Below are positions 40,056 through 53,180 of a stretch of 64,000 bases of DNA, piece by piece. The translations under genes were made by a program, and so were the position numbers. Under the pieces are notes generated by a model that saw nothing but the letters and a program-made list of their open reading frames with translations, made no database searches and was not told the origin of the DNA. The number at the start of each line of letters is the position of its first letter. Position 1 is the first letter of the stretch. Source of the stretch: Neodothiora populina (taxonomy: Eukaryota); the NCBI RefSeq assembly GCF_041146345.1, contig NW_027191408.1, forward strand, positions 744,001 to 808,000, given 5' to 3'.

Positions 40056-41576
40056 AGGCACTTTCCAACATCTGGACTAGCCTAGTGTACTCCATCGATG
40101 ATTATGAGGCACCTCGATCAAGCGACAAAGCTTCCGGCTGTCATCTTGATATGTTCGTGATATCGAGACGTCGCTCCGCGATTCTCAGGGATAGTACCAT
40201 GCGAGTAGGCTCATTGCTTGCATGTGGGATTCGGCAAAGTGTCGCGTGCTGGTACTCGCGGTTAGGCACTTTTGCCATGTTCTCACATTTCGAGTCGCGC
40301 ACTTTTGACAATACACGTTAGAAATGGGACAAAAGCTACAGGGGGTTCCAAGCGATCCCCCGCCTGCTCTGCAAGGACATGGTTATGAGAGTGTGTCAAT
40401 CGTCCTGAACCGCCCGATAATCTTCGATGTGTACCTTGATCAGTTCTGCGGCCCTTCCTTAACGTCATGCACAACTGAGTGGTCTCAGCAGGATCTAGAT
40501 TTTACCGTCCACGTAACCTCGGTTGTCAGGGATAAAGCGGTTACGTCTACAAGTGACACCCCTTGGAGTAGTATTAGAGCAGACAGTAATCTCGGTCGGG
40601 GTGTCAGCCGCACGTACTTTACTTTCACTCGCACATGTATCTGAATCTGCTCTGTCCGTACTTGTGGGCTTATCAAGACGACGACTGATGTGGAAAGTGA
40701 CAGTATGAAACTACCTGAATCTCACTGGTGCTGCACCGCACACATTCAGATGCCCGTCTATCGTAGTATCATCTCGTGTTGATCTTGGGACGAAAATGTC
40801 AGGATCGTCAAGAGAGCTCGCTTATTGGCTCTGGAGCAGCCCAATTATTGCCAATCAGGCCAATAATGCTTGTCAACAATCAATCGCGATGCTTGGTGGG
40901 CGTAGTGGGGTCATGCCAGACAGCATGGGCCAAGTGTAGGTGCTTTTACCCCGAAATCTATCTTTTGCTTTACAGTAGCACTTTTTGTCCGCCAATTCCC
41001 CTACCGTAAGGCGAGCCTCATCAGCTTTCGTTGTGCGTTACCTTACACAGACAGTGCGATTTGCCTATTCCATAGATATCTAGGAGATACTAAGGTCCCA
41101 CGATTGACGCTGAAGACCTGTGTCGACATCGGTCTCGAGGCTTTCTCACTTCCCTTCTTCTTCGCTTGCACCAACCAAAAGCATTTTCTTACCCGCTCAA
41201 GATTGAGGTTGCAATCAAATTCTAGGGGCTAGCGTCATCGTCCAGCTTTTGCGATCGATTTTCCTGCTTAACCAAGCGGCACAACCTCAGGCAAGCCTGT
41301 CCGCTTTACTCCAGCCAAATTTGCAAGTCATTATTCGGATTCGCGACAGCACTACTGTCTCTGTCTTCGATATCATACATAGTGGCACTTCTTGGCCAAA
41401 AGACGTGTTCCAGTGCAATTCGGCACCACGTCCCTCCGTTGTCCCACAGAAAAGAGGGCTGCCAACACCACCGGGTGCTTTCTACTTGGTCTCTATCGCA
41501 CTCTTCACCTGCCTAAGCTGGTGCTCTTCCACATCAACAAACAATCCGGAGTCCCTTTACGGTCTCGCCTCCAACA

Positions 41577-44463
41577 ATGGATTGGACTCCGCAACCCGAA
41601 CCTCTAAGTCAATTGGCACATTATCTTAGAGACTCTCTGAGTGCATACGACAAATCAGCTCAAAAAAATGCTGAACTAGTAGGGATATTCTTGCGACATA
41701 TCTTTCTGCACCCCGAATATTAACACAATCACACAGGCATTAAAGCAGGCGAAATCCTTTCCAGACATCAACAACTATTTGGCTTACCTATGTACACATT
41801 CAACACCCCCACCAGGTCTGGATGCGACGGGCTACCATGCTGCCAGAAGCGCAGCGGCTGTCATGCTTAAGAACAACGTCAAGACGACCTACAAGACTCT
41901 TTCCGAAGACAGCAAGGCCTATCTGCGCTCTACAATCATCTTGGGCCTGCAAGACCAAAATGCACAAATTCGCAGTTTTGCTGGAAACGTCATCACAGAG
42001 ATGGTGCGTCAAGGAGGTATCCTGGGATGGCCACAAGTCCTGTCCGAACTGCTCGCACTTTTAGACGGAGCAAGTGGCAATGTTTCTCCCGAGGCACAAG
42101 ATGGCGCAATGGGAGCCCTACTCAAGATCTGCGAGGACAACAAAGCCTCGTTAAACAAAGTCTACGAAGGACAGAGGCCTCTCGACTTTCTCGTTCCGAA
42201 ACTGCTCGACCTCACCGTACACGGAAACCCAAAGGTTCGGTCAAAGGCGCTGGGTACCCTCTGCACCTTCATCGATGACCCCTTGCCGCAAGCTATGGAG
42301 AGCAACGCCGAGAAGATGCTCCTTCAACTTTTCCAACTCGCCAACGACCAGAATGAAGACGTTCGACGCTTCGTATGCCGCTGTTTCACGAAACTTGCAC
42401 AAAACCTACCGTCGCTGATTGCACCCCACCTCGGACCTATCGTCGACTACGTTCTCATGCAGCAAAAGAGCGATCCGAATTCCGAGCTAGCACTCGATGC
42501 GGCAGAGTTTTTCTTCGAGAACTGCGAGGTGGAAGAGTATCAGGATGGTTTCCTGCATCTTCTCGACAAAATTGTGCCCGTCCTTCTGGAGAGTATGATT
42601 TACAGTGAAGACGACCAATCTAGACTGGAGGCTGAAGCCGAGGACGATGCCGAAAAGGATGACAGAGAGCAAGATCTTAAGCCCCAATTCGCTACCGCAA
42701 AGAATGCTGGCGCTGCCGGTACTTCCGCCATCAAAATCGAAGAGTCCAACGGATCAAAGCAGGATGGAAACGGCTATGGCTACGATGATGATGATCTGAG
42801 TGAGGGTGAGGTTGACGACGATGACGATTACGGCGAGGACCCCGAAGACATGTGGAACTTGCGTAGATGTTCTGCAGCTTCGCTCGATACGTTTGCGACC
42901 AGATTCCACGAGCGCGTCTTCGAAGTCACTCTGCCTTACCTGAAGGAGAACCTCAACCATGCAGACTGGCCAAACCGGGAGGCTGCCGTGCTTGCACTGG
43001 GCGCCATCTCGGTCGGCTGCATGGACGTTGTACAGCCGAACCTGCCAGACCTGGTCCCATTCCTGATCACGCTACTCAACGACCCTCAGCCTGTCGTCCG
43101 CCAGATCACATGTTGGTGCCTGGGACGATATTCATCTTGGGCATCACATCTAGACGGATCCGGCAAGCAGCAGTTCTTCGAGCCCATGATGGATGGTATC
43201 CTGCAACGAATGCTTGATAACAACAAGCGTGTCCAGGAAGCGGCCGCTTCCGCATTTGCGAACCTGGAAGAGCAAGCCACGAGTGCCCTGACGCCTTATA
43301 GTCAGGTCATTGCCCAGCAGTTCGTCAAGTGCTTCGAAAGATACAAGGACAAGAACATGTTCATCCTCTACGACTGCGTACAGACACTAGCCGAACACGT
43401 TGGCCCTGAAATGGCACGACCAGAGCTTGTTGATCTCATCATGCCCGCACTCATCACTCGCTGGCAGAAAGTAGCAGATCAGTCCAGGGAGATGTTCCCA
43501 TTGCTAGAATGTTTGGCATACGTAGCGACAGCACTTGCCCACGCATTTGCTCCTTTCGCGAAGCCGTTCTTTGACCGTTGCATCAAAATAATACAGGAGA
43601 ACCTCGAGGCTGGTAACGAGGCTGCAAGCAATCCGTACCAAGATCAGCCCGATAAAGACTTCCTGGTGACAAGTCTGGATCTCCTAAGCTCAATCATACA
43701 GGCCTTGGATGAGCCAAGAAGCAGCGAGTTGGTTTCAACTTCTCAGCCAAACTTTTTCGAGATGCTAGCATACTGCATGCGAGACTCAAATAACGACGTG
43801 AGACAGTCAGCCTATGCCCTCCTCGGTGACTGCAGTATCTACGTCTTCCCCCGTCTGCAGCCATACCTTCCATCCATCATGGAGATTCTCATTCAGCAGC
43901 TTGACTTGGAGCAAGCAAAGGAAGATCCCGACACGGCTTTCCGCGTGATCAACAACGCATGTTGGTCAACCGGCGAGATCGCAATGCGCGAGCGAGGCGG
44001 AATGGATCCTTATGTTGAAAGACTTTTGCAGAGCCTCGGTAGCATTTTGTTCAACAGTGCGATTCCAGAGTCACTAAATGAAAATGCTGCGATAGCGCTT
44101 GGACGATTGGGTCTTGGGAATGAGCAGAAACTTGCGCCTCATTTGGCTACTTTTGCGCCAACCTTCCTTTCGATCATTCGAAGAGTTGCCTGGACCGATG
44201 AGAAGTGCCACGCTTTCAGGGGCTTTGTTCAAGTCGTACTCCAGAACCCGCAAGGCCTCGAGCAGTGCCTCCTGCCCTTCCTTTCAGAGATCGCCATGGT
44301 GCCACAGATACTTGTTAGCCAAGGCTTTCAGGACACTGAATTACTCAGTGGGTTCCAACAGGCTTTGGTACAGTATCAGGGTATGATTCCCGACTTTGAT
44401 GCATTCATCAGTCACCTCCCGCCTGAGCAAGCGCAAGCTCTCAAGCGCAACTACCAATCATAA
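41577..44463 (+). CDS. KAP104: Importin beta-2 / transportin (HEAT repeats with acidic loop)
   Basis: Exon 1 41577-41678, intron 41679-41736. Acidic H8 loop followed by WNLRRCSAASLD; also REAAVLALGAI and NKRVQEAAASAFA. Confidence 0.93.
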
Positions 44464-45399
44464 AGGTAGTCGGTCCAATGGGTTTATTTCCGAGGGCTCT
44501 TGATGACCTTATCGCGTTTGGTCACCGTTGACATTACCACTCAATGAGCAACAAATGTCTCGTAACGACATGACATAGATGAAGCGTATCGTAAAGCGCA
44601 GTATATAGTATTGCTCCTTTAAATCTTTTTGAAACTTCTTGCATTCAGCGTAGTTAGCGTAGCATCTGCTCGGATTAGCCGGCAGCATCTGTGGATCATA
44701 CAGCGTATCACCGGAATGGTATCGGCATACTACAGATCAGAATTTTTCTTCAATAGCCCACGTGGGGAAAATAGATCCCGTCTCGAAACATGCGCTTCAT
44801 GAAGCGAAGCATGAAACTCCTTATGCTCGAGTTTGCCGCATAAGAACCGCACACCGCATCCAGTATGTGGTCATGATGCCTTGTTGTTGTTGATGATAAA
44901 TAAATAAATACTCGAAGGACATTGACAGCGCGCGCTAAGCTGCAGTCGACTCAAGCAACGTCCACCGCCTGTTCACTGTAAAGTGCGATGCCCCCTTAGT
45001 TTGGGACGTGGCTATTTCATATTGCAATTGTGCACTGGATTGTGGCGATGTCTGCTTTGCGTCTTGAGCAGAGCGGGCGTCCTGAGGGCAGTGCAGGAAA
45101 GCACACTGGCGCTGCTCTCCCTTTTGACATGGCCTTTTCAACATATTCAATGGCGAGGGCTACAAATGTAGAGATATTTCATGTATACAAATTCCCAGTG
45201 TACCTTACCTGCAGCAAACAATTCATATGATTCAGTCGGAAGATAATCCGATGCACGTTCAGTGATCACTACATCCACTACTGGTAGACAGCTGCAAATG
45301 GTGCCCACTAATTAGGTACCGATCGGGAGAAAACGCAAGTCGTCGAGCGCTTGGCCTGACAGACGCCTAGATTCAGTTTGGCTTGAAAACGATTGACGC

Positions 45400-45427
45400 T
45401 TGTGGTGGCACTTGTGGTGGCACTTGT
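45400..45427 (+). repeat. Short tandem duplication (12-bp unit TTGTGGTGGCAC, about 2.3 copies)
   Basis: ttgtggtggcacttgtggtggcacttgt. Confidence 0.8.
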
Positions 45428-46079
45428 AGGGCGCCAAGCCGGCCCCGGTCTCCAATGGCCGAGCACTTTCTCTCCCACAGTTGCCGTAATCGCCGCAAAC
45501 TACAAGTACAATGTACCGCAGGAAAGTACCTTGCTGTACCTTGGCTCCAGGCTGTCTCCGTACAGGGCAAGTACGGAGTGCTGTAAGGTAAAGGACCGTA
45601 GAGTTCCAGTGCGCACCTGCCTTCCCTGTGCACATCTTCCCCACCTGCAAGTGCAAGTACCGCCTCAGGATATAGAAGTGGAAGTCACCCGTACACTGAC
45701 TCTTCTACGCTGTGCTGTAGTCCTACTACTGTCATACTATTGTCATTAAATTTCCTTTTTCCTTTTACCATTTCCTTATACGTTCTTGTCTCCTCCAGCC
45801 CATCGAAGGATATCAGAAACCCCGTATATCCTAGCCATACACTCGCCGACGCCATTTCTTTACTCGTCGGCGTGCTCTGAGCCCTTTCCTCCGTCCGTCT
45901 CCTATATCCGTGAAGGAGCGTCAACGCCACCGCAAGGGACTTCTTGATCAATCATCAACCCGACGCATGCCGCTTCATTCACGACCTTCAGCATCATAAC
46001 CCGTCTAGGAGAATTGGGAGCGCTCAACAACATCTCGCCCGTCGCCGTCGCGCGAGTGTGGCTCTAGTCGACTACCACA

Positions 46080-47732
46080 ATGGAGTCCCTTCCACATCTC
46101 TCTCAAACGCTGTCGACCAGTTATCTCGCCGCACAGCAGACTCCCGCCTTTGTAGCCAACAGCTTTGAATGGGTGGTCAAACACGGACACAATGCGCCCG
46201 ACACCACCCACGATGTCACGGTACGACAGTTCAGTCTTGGTTCGACAGGGAAAGGCATTCTCATCGGCATGCTATCCGCTTTTGGATCCGCTGCGCTTGT
46301 CGCCATCGTCCTGGCACTCGTCTACTTTTTCCGCTATACCAGTCGCGGTCAAATCTTCCTGGATCGGATGGGACGACCTGGTGAATATGATGATGAACAG
46401 GCCTTCCTGAAGGAAGAAGAACAGGCCTTGGAAGAGATGGATGATTTTCAGAGGGCTGAGTATACTCGTGCAAAGGGTGTGTCAAGTGTTCCCATCCTCT
46501 GATCTTCAGATTTCGTTCATCGATATTGTCTAGAATCGCATTACTGACATAGTCACCATCCAGCTTTCGTACAAGCAAATCCACCTGAATCGGTCCAGAC
46601 AGACATTTCCTTATCTCAATTCCTAGCCATACAAGAGAAGGGAGTCTCGGCTTGGGAATTCGAACCCGAGCTTGAGATTGCCAATTGCTTTGTCGAAGCC
46701 CGCACCGAAATCGAATTCTTTGATTCTGCCTGCAGTGTACAGAGCAACTTGCCAATACCAAAGCAGAACGAAGTTTACTATTTCGAGGCCAAGATATACG
46801 ACAAGCCCGAAAACACCCTCATCAGCATTGGCGTAACGACGAAACCATACCCTCTATTCCGTCTTCCTGGTATGTTTGATTGCCATCCTTCAACGCTTAC
46901 TTGACCCGACACTGACCTTTGCTCAGGCTGGCACAAATACTCGATAGCCTATACGTCTAGCGGACAACGCCGGTACAATCAGCCCTTTTCAGGCTCAAAT
47001 TATGCGCCGCATTACGAACAGGGCGATGTAGTCGGAGTCGGCTACAGGCCTCGCACAGGCACCGTCTTCTTCACACGCAACGGAAAGAAATTGGAAGACG
47101 TCGCCCATGGTCTGAAGACGCAAAACTTCTTCCCAACAGTCGGCGCCAACGGACCGTGCAACGTACACGTGAACTTTGGACAGATGGGATTCGTCTTCAT
47201 CGAAGCCAATGTCAAGAAGTGGGGCCTGGCGCCCATGACGGGCAGTCTGGCACCGCCGCCTCCTTATGGTAGCGAGCAAGGCAGTATCCTGATCGAGTCG
47301 GGCAGGGATGGCATCAGGGAAGGCCAGGGCTACTTCTCACACAGTCGTAACTTGAGCAACCAAATACGTCTTGCACGACCACCTACAAGTCCTGGCCCAC
47401 AGAGGTCACCAACGGACATATCACTCGCACAACTCAACTTGATGGACTCTGGAGAGGACGACGACGCAGGGGAGGGCACGAGCATGGCTGCTTCGGTACA
47501 CACCATACCACAAGATCTCGGCATAACTCTGCCACATGCCGATGCGCCTCCGCCTGATTACTCGAGTCCTTCGGAAGACGGAGACGGAGAAACAGCGCGT
47601 AGGCCCAGCGAGCAGTCGGGGTCAAGACCACTGCTGCACGACCCACCGATTCCTTCGTATGAAGCAGCTATTGGAGATCGAGATGTGGCTGGTGCAAGGC
47701 GCAGCAACGAACACGAAGACAACAGATCGTGA
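46080..47732 (+). CDS. SSH4: SPRY-domain single-pass membrane protein Ssh4/Ear1-like (Rsp5 adaptor)
   Basis: TM ILIGMLSAFGSAALVAIVLALVYFF; introns 46477-46563 and 46870-46926; SPRY motifs YYFEAKI, KPYPLFRLPG, GDVVGVGYR and FTRNG; PPPY motif. Confidence 0.88.
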
Positions 47733-48255
47733 AAATAAGCTTGAGCGGTGTTTTGGGCATGTATGGATTTGCGGACGGCGCTTAGACCCAATTTCAGGAG
47801 TTGAAAGTAGTCCACGGGCTTTGGTTGGAATGGTGACTAGGCAGGGTTGTCCCCTTCATTTCTTTTTTTTGTGGGCGGTCACAGTTGGCGTTCTGCTTAT
47901 CGCCCATGTCATTCTTTGTTGTTCATTTCCCCTTGCTGAGATGTTCTTTATGATATATCCTATATAGTGCCTCCATTGGTACACACGCTTGAAAGCACAC
48001 TCACTTGACTCGGTACATGCGTGTGATGAAATAATCAGCCATGACGTACCATATACAGGACCCTGCCATTAGATGAATCGGATGAAATACGACTTCAAGC
48101 GTCTGGTATACTGCACGTCACACCTACGACTTTGACAACTATCTACCTTGAGTTGTGGCCAAAACCAGACTACTAAATCTTTCCACCAATCCCAAGGTCG
48201 AATCACCCAATTTATGAAATCTATCCCTCGAAGACTCCTAAAAGCAACAGCAGCA

Positions 48256-48822
48256 ATGTCGCCAATTACAAACCTCATCACCCCACTCAAAGACGTCAAG
48301 ATACACAAACACCAAATACCAGCGCACAACCTCATCCCCAACACATCAATCAAGCACAAACCACTCCTCATCTACACCTCAGCCTTCAATGCCGCAAAAA
48401 ACACCACAGCATCAAACATAGAATCCCACTTGTCCGCCACGGGCGTCGTGGATCCCCAGTGGAGATACACCATGTACTCGACCTCGCACTTCCACTCGAC
48501 GTCTCACGAGGTCTTGTGCGTATTCTCTGGCTCCGCAAGGCTTTGCTTCGGGCACGAGGAAAACCCGGGCCGCGTCGAGGTTGTGGTTGGCAAGGGGGAT
48601 GTGGTCGTTGTGCCTGCCGGGGTCGCGCATAGGTTGGTGGAGGATTTGAGTGGTGGTCAGAGTGATGGGTTCGAGATGGTCGGGGCGTATCCGAAAGGGT
48701 GCAGTTGGGATATGTGCTATGGGAAGAAGGGCGAGGAAGGCAAGGTTGGTAGGATTGGGGGGTTGGAGTGGTTTGAGAGGGATCCTGTGTTTGGTGATGG
48801 GGGCCCGGCTTGTGAGGTGTGA
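48256..48822 (+). CDS. Cupin-domain protein (YjlB-like, RmlC-like cupin)
   Basis: Intronless. Motifs IPN..PLLIY, HFHSTSHEVL, GDVVVVPAGVAH, MVGAYP and DPVFG. An alternative ATG lies slightly upstream (MKSIPRR). Confidence 0.85.
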   Translation: MSPITNLITPLKDVKIHKHQIPAHNLIPNTSIKHKPLLIYTSAFNAAKNTTASNIESHLSATGVVDPQWRYTMYSTSHFHSTSHEVLCVFSGSARLCFGHEENPGRVEVVVGKGDVVVVPAGVAHRLVEDLSGGQSDGFEMVGAYPKGCSWDMCYGKKGEEGKVGRIGGLEWFERDPVFGDGGPACEV

Positions 48823-49732
48823 ATATCCTATGTGTGGTTCCAAGTCACGCTGCGTGATCATGTATTCACGAGTCGAATGGTATATCAAGGTAAAGCCTAT
48901 TTGTTCATCAAGTAGTCCGTAGCTTGCCGGCTGACCTGTGAGTGATGTCCGATATGGCGCTTTTCACATTTGTTTTGTTCAGTCTACCACCGCAATTAAC
49001 CTAAAAGCATCACCGATAACAGCTAAGATGTCATCATCACCGACGATAAGGCAGATATCTACTATGCGGCGAACACGGGTTAAACAATAGACTTTCAATC
49101 CCCAGACTTTTGCCTCGAATCCCCTTCCAACGTTGCAGCACAGAGTCAGATGCGAGGGTCCGGGCGTGTCTGCCTTGCCAAGCCTGTGCCAGCGTCATTC
49201 AGTAGCAGGGTGTTGTTCACCATCCATGCGCTCTTGCCTGACTAGTAGTAGGTACCTATTGTGAAAGAAGAGACAGAGCACGAGCAGCAGACAAGGTTGG
49301 TTGCCTACCCTATTGTACTCTGTATGTCAAGATCACCCTTTTCCACCATCCCAGAATCTTGCCGGGTGACTTATCACTCTCTTCACCGAAAACCCCTTTG
49401 CTTCATCACTTGTTTCCTTTCCCCCTTGCCGTGGTTCGCCGCCAGCTTAGTAAATCAGGTTTACATCATCACGGTCGCGCCACCATAAGCGTCTCCCCGT
49501 AAACGCTTCAAGGACGACTTGTTGCTGCTGCTGCTTGCTAGCTGCTGAAGTTCGCCGCCTTAAGCCCCTCATCTTTGCGCAACTCGCGTGCCTTCTTTGC
49601 CAATACATACCTTTTCTGTCTCTCCCCCACGTGCATATCAGGCACATATTTTAGCTAAACCAGAGGAACCGGAGATCCTCTGACGTTTATTGTTCTCATC
49701 CTCTTTACACGTTCTTTCCTTTGACGTACAGC

Positions 49733-52332
49733 ATGAGCAAGGCAGCGGCATCTGCGCCGATCTTGCCGGCCAAAGATGATATTCAGGGAACGTACGTACT
49801 GAACTTTCCATTGCTACATTTGTGTTTCCGACTTGGTCAGAGAAGATACCACATGCTCGCGTCACGATGGAAGCTCAAAACAAATAGAGTTTCGAGGTGG
49901 AGAACGAAAACATGATCTATCAATAGCTTCGTGCAGTTCCTGTTTAGCTAACTGTGGGTGCGCATATAGATGGCTGTACCTAGAGAATGGCGTCGAGAAG
50001 ATCATGTATCACCTGCGAGACGGAGTCGACCTCAAGACCTACATGGGCCTCTACACCGCAATTCATAACTTCTGTACCGCACAAAAAGCTGTTGGTCAGA
50101 ATGCTACCCTCAGCTCGACACACCGAGGGGGTGAGTAACAATGCTTGCCATTTTAGAATAAGAGCATCGAGCTGATTTGCAAACAGCACATCTCCTCGGA
50201 GAGGACCTCTACAGACGCCTCGAAGGCTATCTCAAAGCGCATCTCCATCAGGTTCATGGCGAGATGATCAAACACAGCGACGAAGCCCTCCTTACCTATT
50301 ATATCAAAGAATGGAATCGATACACCACCGCTGGCACGTTCAACAACCATCTATTCAAATATCTCAACCGTCACTGGGTCAAGCGTGAGGTCGATGAAGG
50401 TAAAAAGGACGTCTACGACATCTACACCCTGCACCTTGTGCGGTGGAAGGAAGACATGTTCGGCAGCACGCAAAATGCCGTCATGGATGCTGTCCTGAGA
50501 CTGGTGGAGAAGCAGAGGAATGGAGAGACTATCGAGCAGTCGCAGATCAAAAGCGTCGTTGACTCTTTCGTCTCGCTCGGCATCGATGAACAAGACAGCA
50601 CAAAGACCAATCTGGACGTATACCGCGTATCCTTCGAAAAGCCGTACCTCGAGGCCACCAAGCAGTACTACGCCAACGAGTCACGACAATTCCTCGCGGA
50701 GAACAACGTGGTCGAGTACATGAAGAAGGCGGAGCAGCGTCTTGAGGAAGAGAAGGAGCGAGTGCCCATGTATTTGCTCAACGAGATCATGACTCCGCTC
50801 ATGAAGACGTGCGAGCAGGCATTGATTGCTGAACATTGCGGAATCCTCCGCGATGAGTTCCAATTGCTTCTCGATAATGACCGCTACGACGATATGGCTC
50901 GCATGTACAAGTTGCTCGCCCGCATACCTGACGGACTAGATCCCTTGAGGACACGTTTCGAAGGCCACGTGCTCCGAGCCGGTAACATTGCAGTTGACAA
51001 GGTCGCTGCCGCTTCCGAGAACGGAGCAATCGACCCCAAGACTTACGTCGAGGCTTTGCTCGAGGTCCACACCAAGTACTCGGACCTGGTTCAAAAGGCT
51101 TTCAATGGCGAGTCCGAGTTTGTGCGCAGTCTCGATAATGCTTGCCGCAACTATGTCAACCGTAACGCCATATGCAAGAACGGCTCGACCAAGTCGCCGG
51201 AGCTCCTCTCGAAGCATTCTGACACTCTTCTGAAGAAGTCAACCAAGAGCACGGAGGAAGACGACATGGAGCAGCAGCTGAACCAGGTCATGACGGTGTT
51301 CAAGTATATCGAGGACAAGGATGTCTTCAACAAGTTCTACTCGAAATCACTAGCCAAGCGTCTCGTCACCGGAACCTCTGCCTCTGGTGATGCCGAGACC
51401 AGCATGATCAGCAAGCTCAAAGACGCCAGTGGTTTCGAATACACCAACAAGCTACAGCGCATGTTCCAGGACATGCAGACCTCCAAGGACCTCAACTCCA
51501 ACTACGAAGACTGGCGCCGCGAGCATCTCGACGCTGGCGATCTGAAGAACTCGATTGACGCTTACTACAGTATTCTTGGAACTGGTTTCTGGCCATTGCA
51601 GCCGTCAACGACGCCCTTCGCACCCCCACAGGAGATTGTGAGGACCTATGAACGATTCCAGAACTTCTACATCACCAAGCACTCTGGGCGGAAGCTTACG
51701 TGGCTATGGCATCTGTGCAAAGGAGAAATCCGGGCGAATTACGTCAAGATGAACAAGGTGCCTTATACATTCCAGGTCTCGACTTACCAGATGGCCATCC
51801 TCCTATTGTTCAACGATAGTGAGACGGTGAGCTATGACGAGCTTGCCGAAGCCACCAAGCTCAACAAGGAGACACTTGATCCGTCCATAGCCATTATGCT
51901 CAAAGCAAAAGTTCTCATAGCTTCCCCTGAAGGTGCCGGCCAGGAGAGCGGCACCACTTACAAGCTCAACCACGGCTTCAAGAACAAGAAGCTGAAGGTG
52001 AATCTCAACATCACCATCAAGGCCGAGGCGAAGCAGGAGGTTGAAGAAACGCACAAAACAATCGAGGAGGACAGAAAGATGTTAATACAGGTGAGTGCTA
52101 CAGTCTATCACATTGCACATGTGGGTTGCTAACACAGGAACAGTCTGCTATCGTTCGCGTGATGAAGTCACGGAAGACGATGAAACACTCTCAGCTAGTC
52201 GGCGAGGTGATTTCACAGATCAAGAACCGCTTCGTACCCAAGGTACCGGACATCAAGAAGTGTATCGACATCCTTCTGGAGAAGGAGTACCTCGAGCGTC
52301 TCGAAGGCGATGAACTCGGTTATCTCGCCTAA
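49733..52332 (+). CDS. CUL1: Cullin-1 (SCF scaffold, Cdc53/CulA)
   Basis: Motifs [41 protein letters not shown], neddylation motif AIVRVMK and C-terminal LLEKEYLER. Introns approximately 49792-49969, 50131-50187, 52091-52143. Confidence 0.96.
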
Positions 52333-53180
52333 GCAGCAAGTGGCACACGAACGTGGGCTGCCTCGCGGACGACAGGGGACGGAGAAATGGAGAGGGATTC
52401 TGGCGTTATGTATTGCTCAACCGGGTCGCCCCGAGCGCTGTCGTCCCCCCAGACGAAGCGACCATTCTATCAGAGATGGTGCGGAACGGGCGACGGACGG
52501 ACAGGTCTTGACGGTGCGATGAATCAGCATGGCGTGGGCGTTGCGCGAAGGCTTCTGCGCTCTCTTTTGACAGTATAATGGACTTGAACGGGCGGTAAAT
52601 AGAGATTATGCTCAAATGCCTACTGGAATGTGCTTGCACGGTGATTGGATTTTGTCTTTCCCATGCACTCGACCTGCCCATGATGCTGATCCCGACGTGG
52701 AGTGAGACGGACGGGGTCGTATGAGGTACAGGTAAATATAGCAATAAAGAATGCAAGGTACTGATTGTACTGCATGTTCCTGACCGGAGGAAGTCAAGGC
52801 ACAGCACAAGGATGCCGCAGTGCCAAGAAAGTGATTGCGGGAAGGTGCAAGTGACAAAAAGTCCGCAATTGGGTGCAGGTGCAGGTGCGTGGATCCATCA
52901 GCCATCCTCCATCCATCTTTCATCCCCCGCCGTCATATTACTTGTATTTGTAATTGGTAGGCTCGAACTTGCGCCGCAACACAACAATTCACTTGCTGTT
53001 CTTCCAAGTGAGAGCAAAAGCTCAGCTCAGGCTCACAACCCCTCTGGGACATTGACCTTGCATGTTCTTAAATGCAGGCGACTCTGGCAGCAAGCTTGCA
53101 TCCACGACTTCCCCACATGCCGCCGGATCCTTGAGATCATCTTCTCACATGACAAATTAATCACAAGGAGGAAATCAAAA

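Noticed and set aside
39000..40700. TPP riboswitch near THI80
   Set aside because: I found no CTGAGA...ACCTGAT core in the intron or flanks. Known fungal TPP riboswitches are in THI4, NMT1 and transporter genes.
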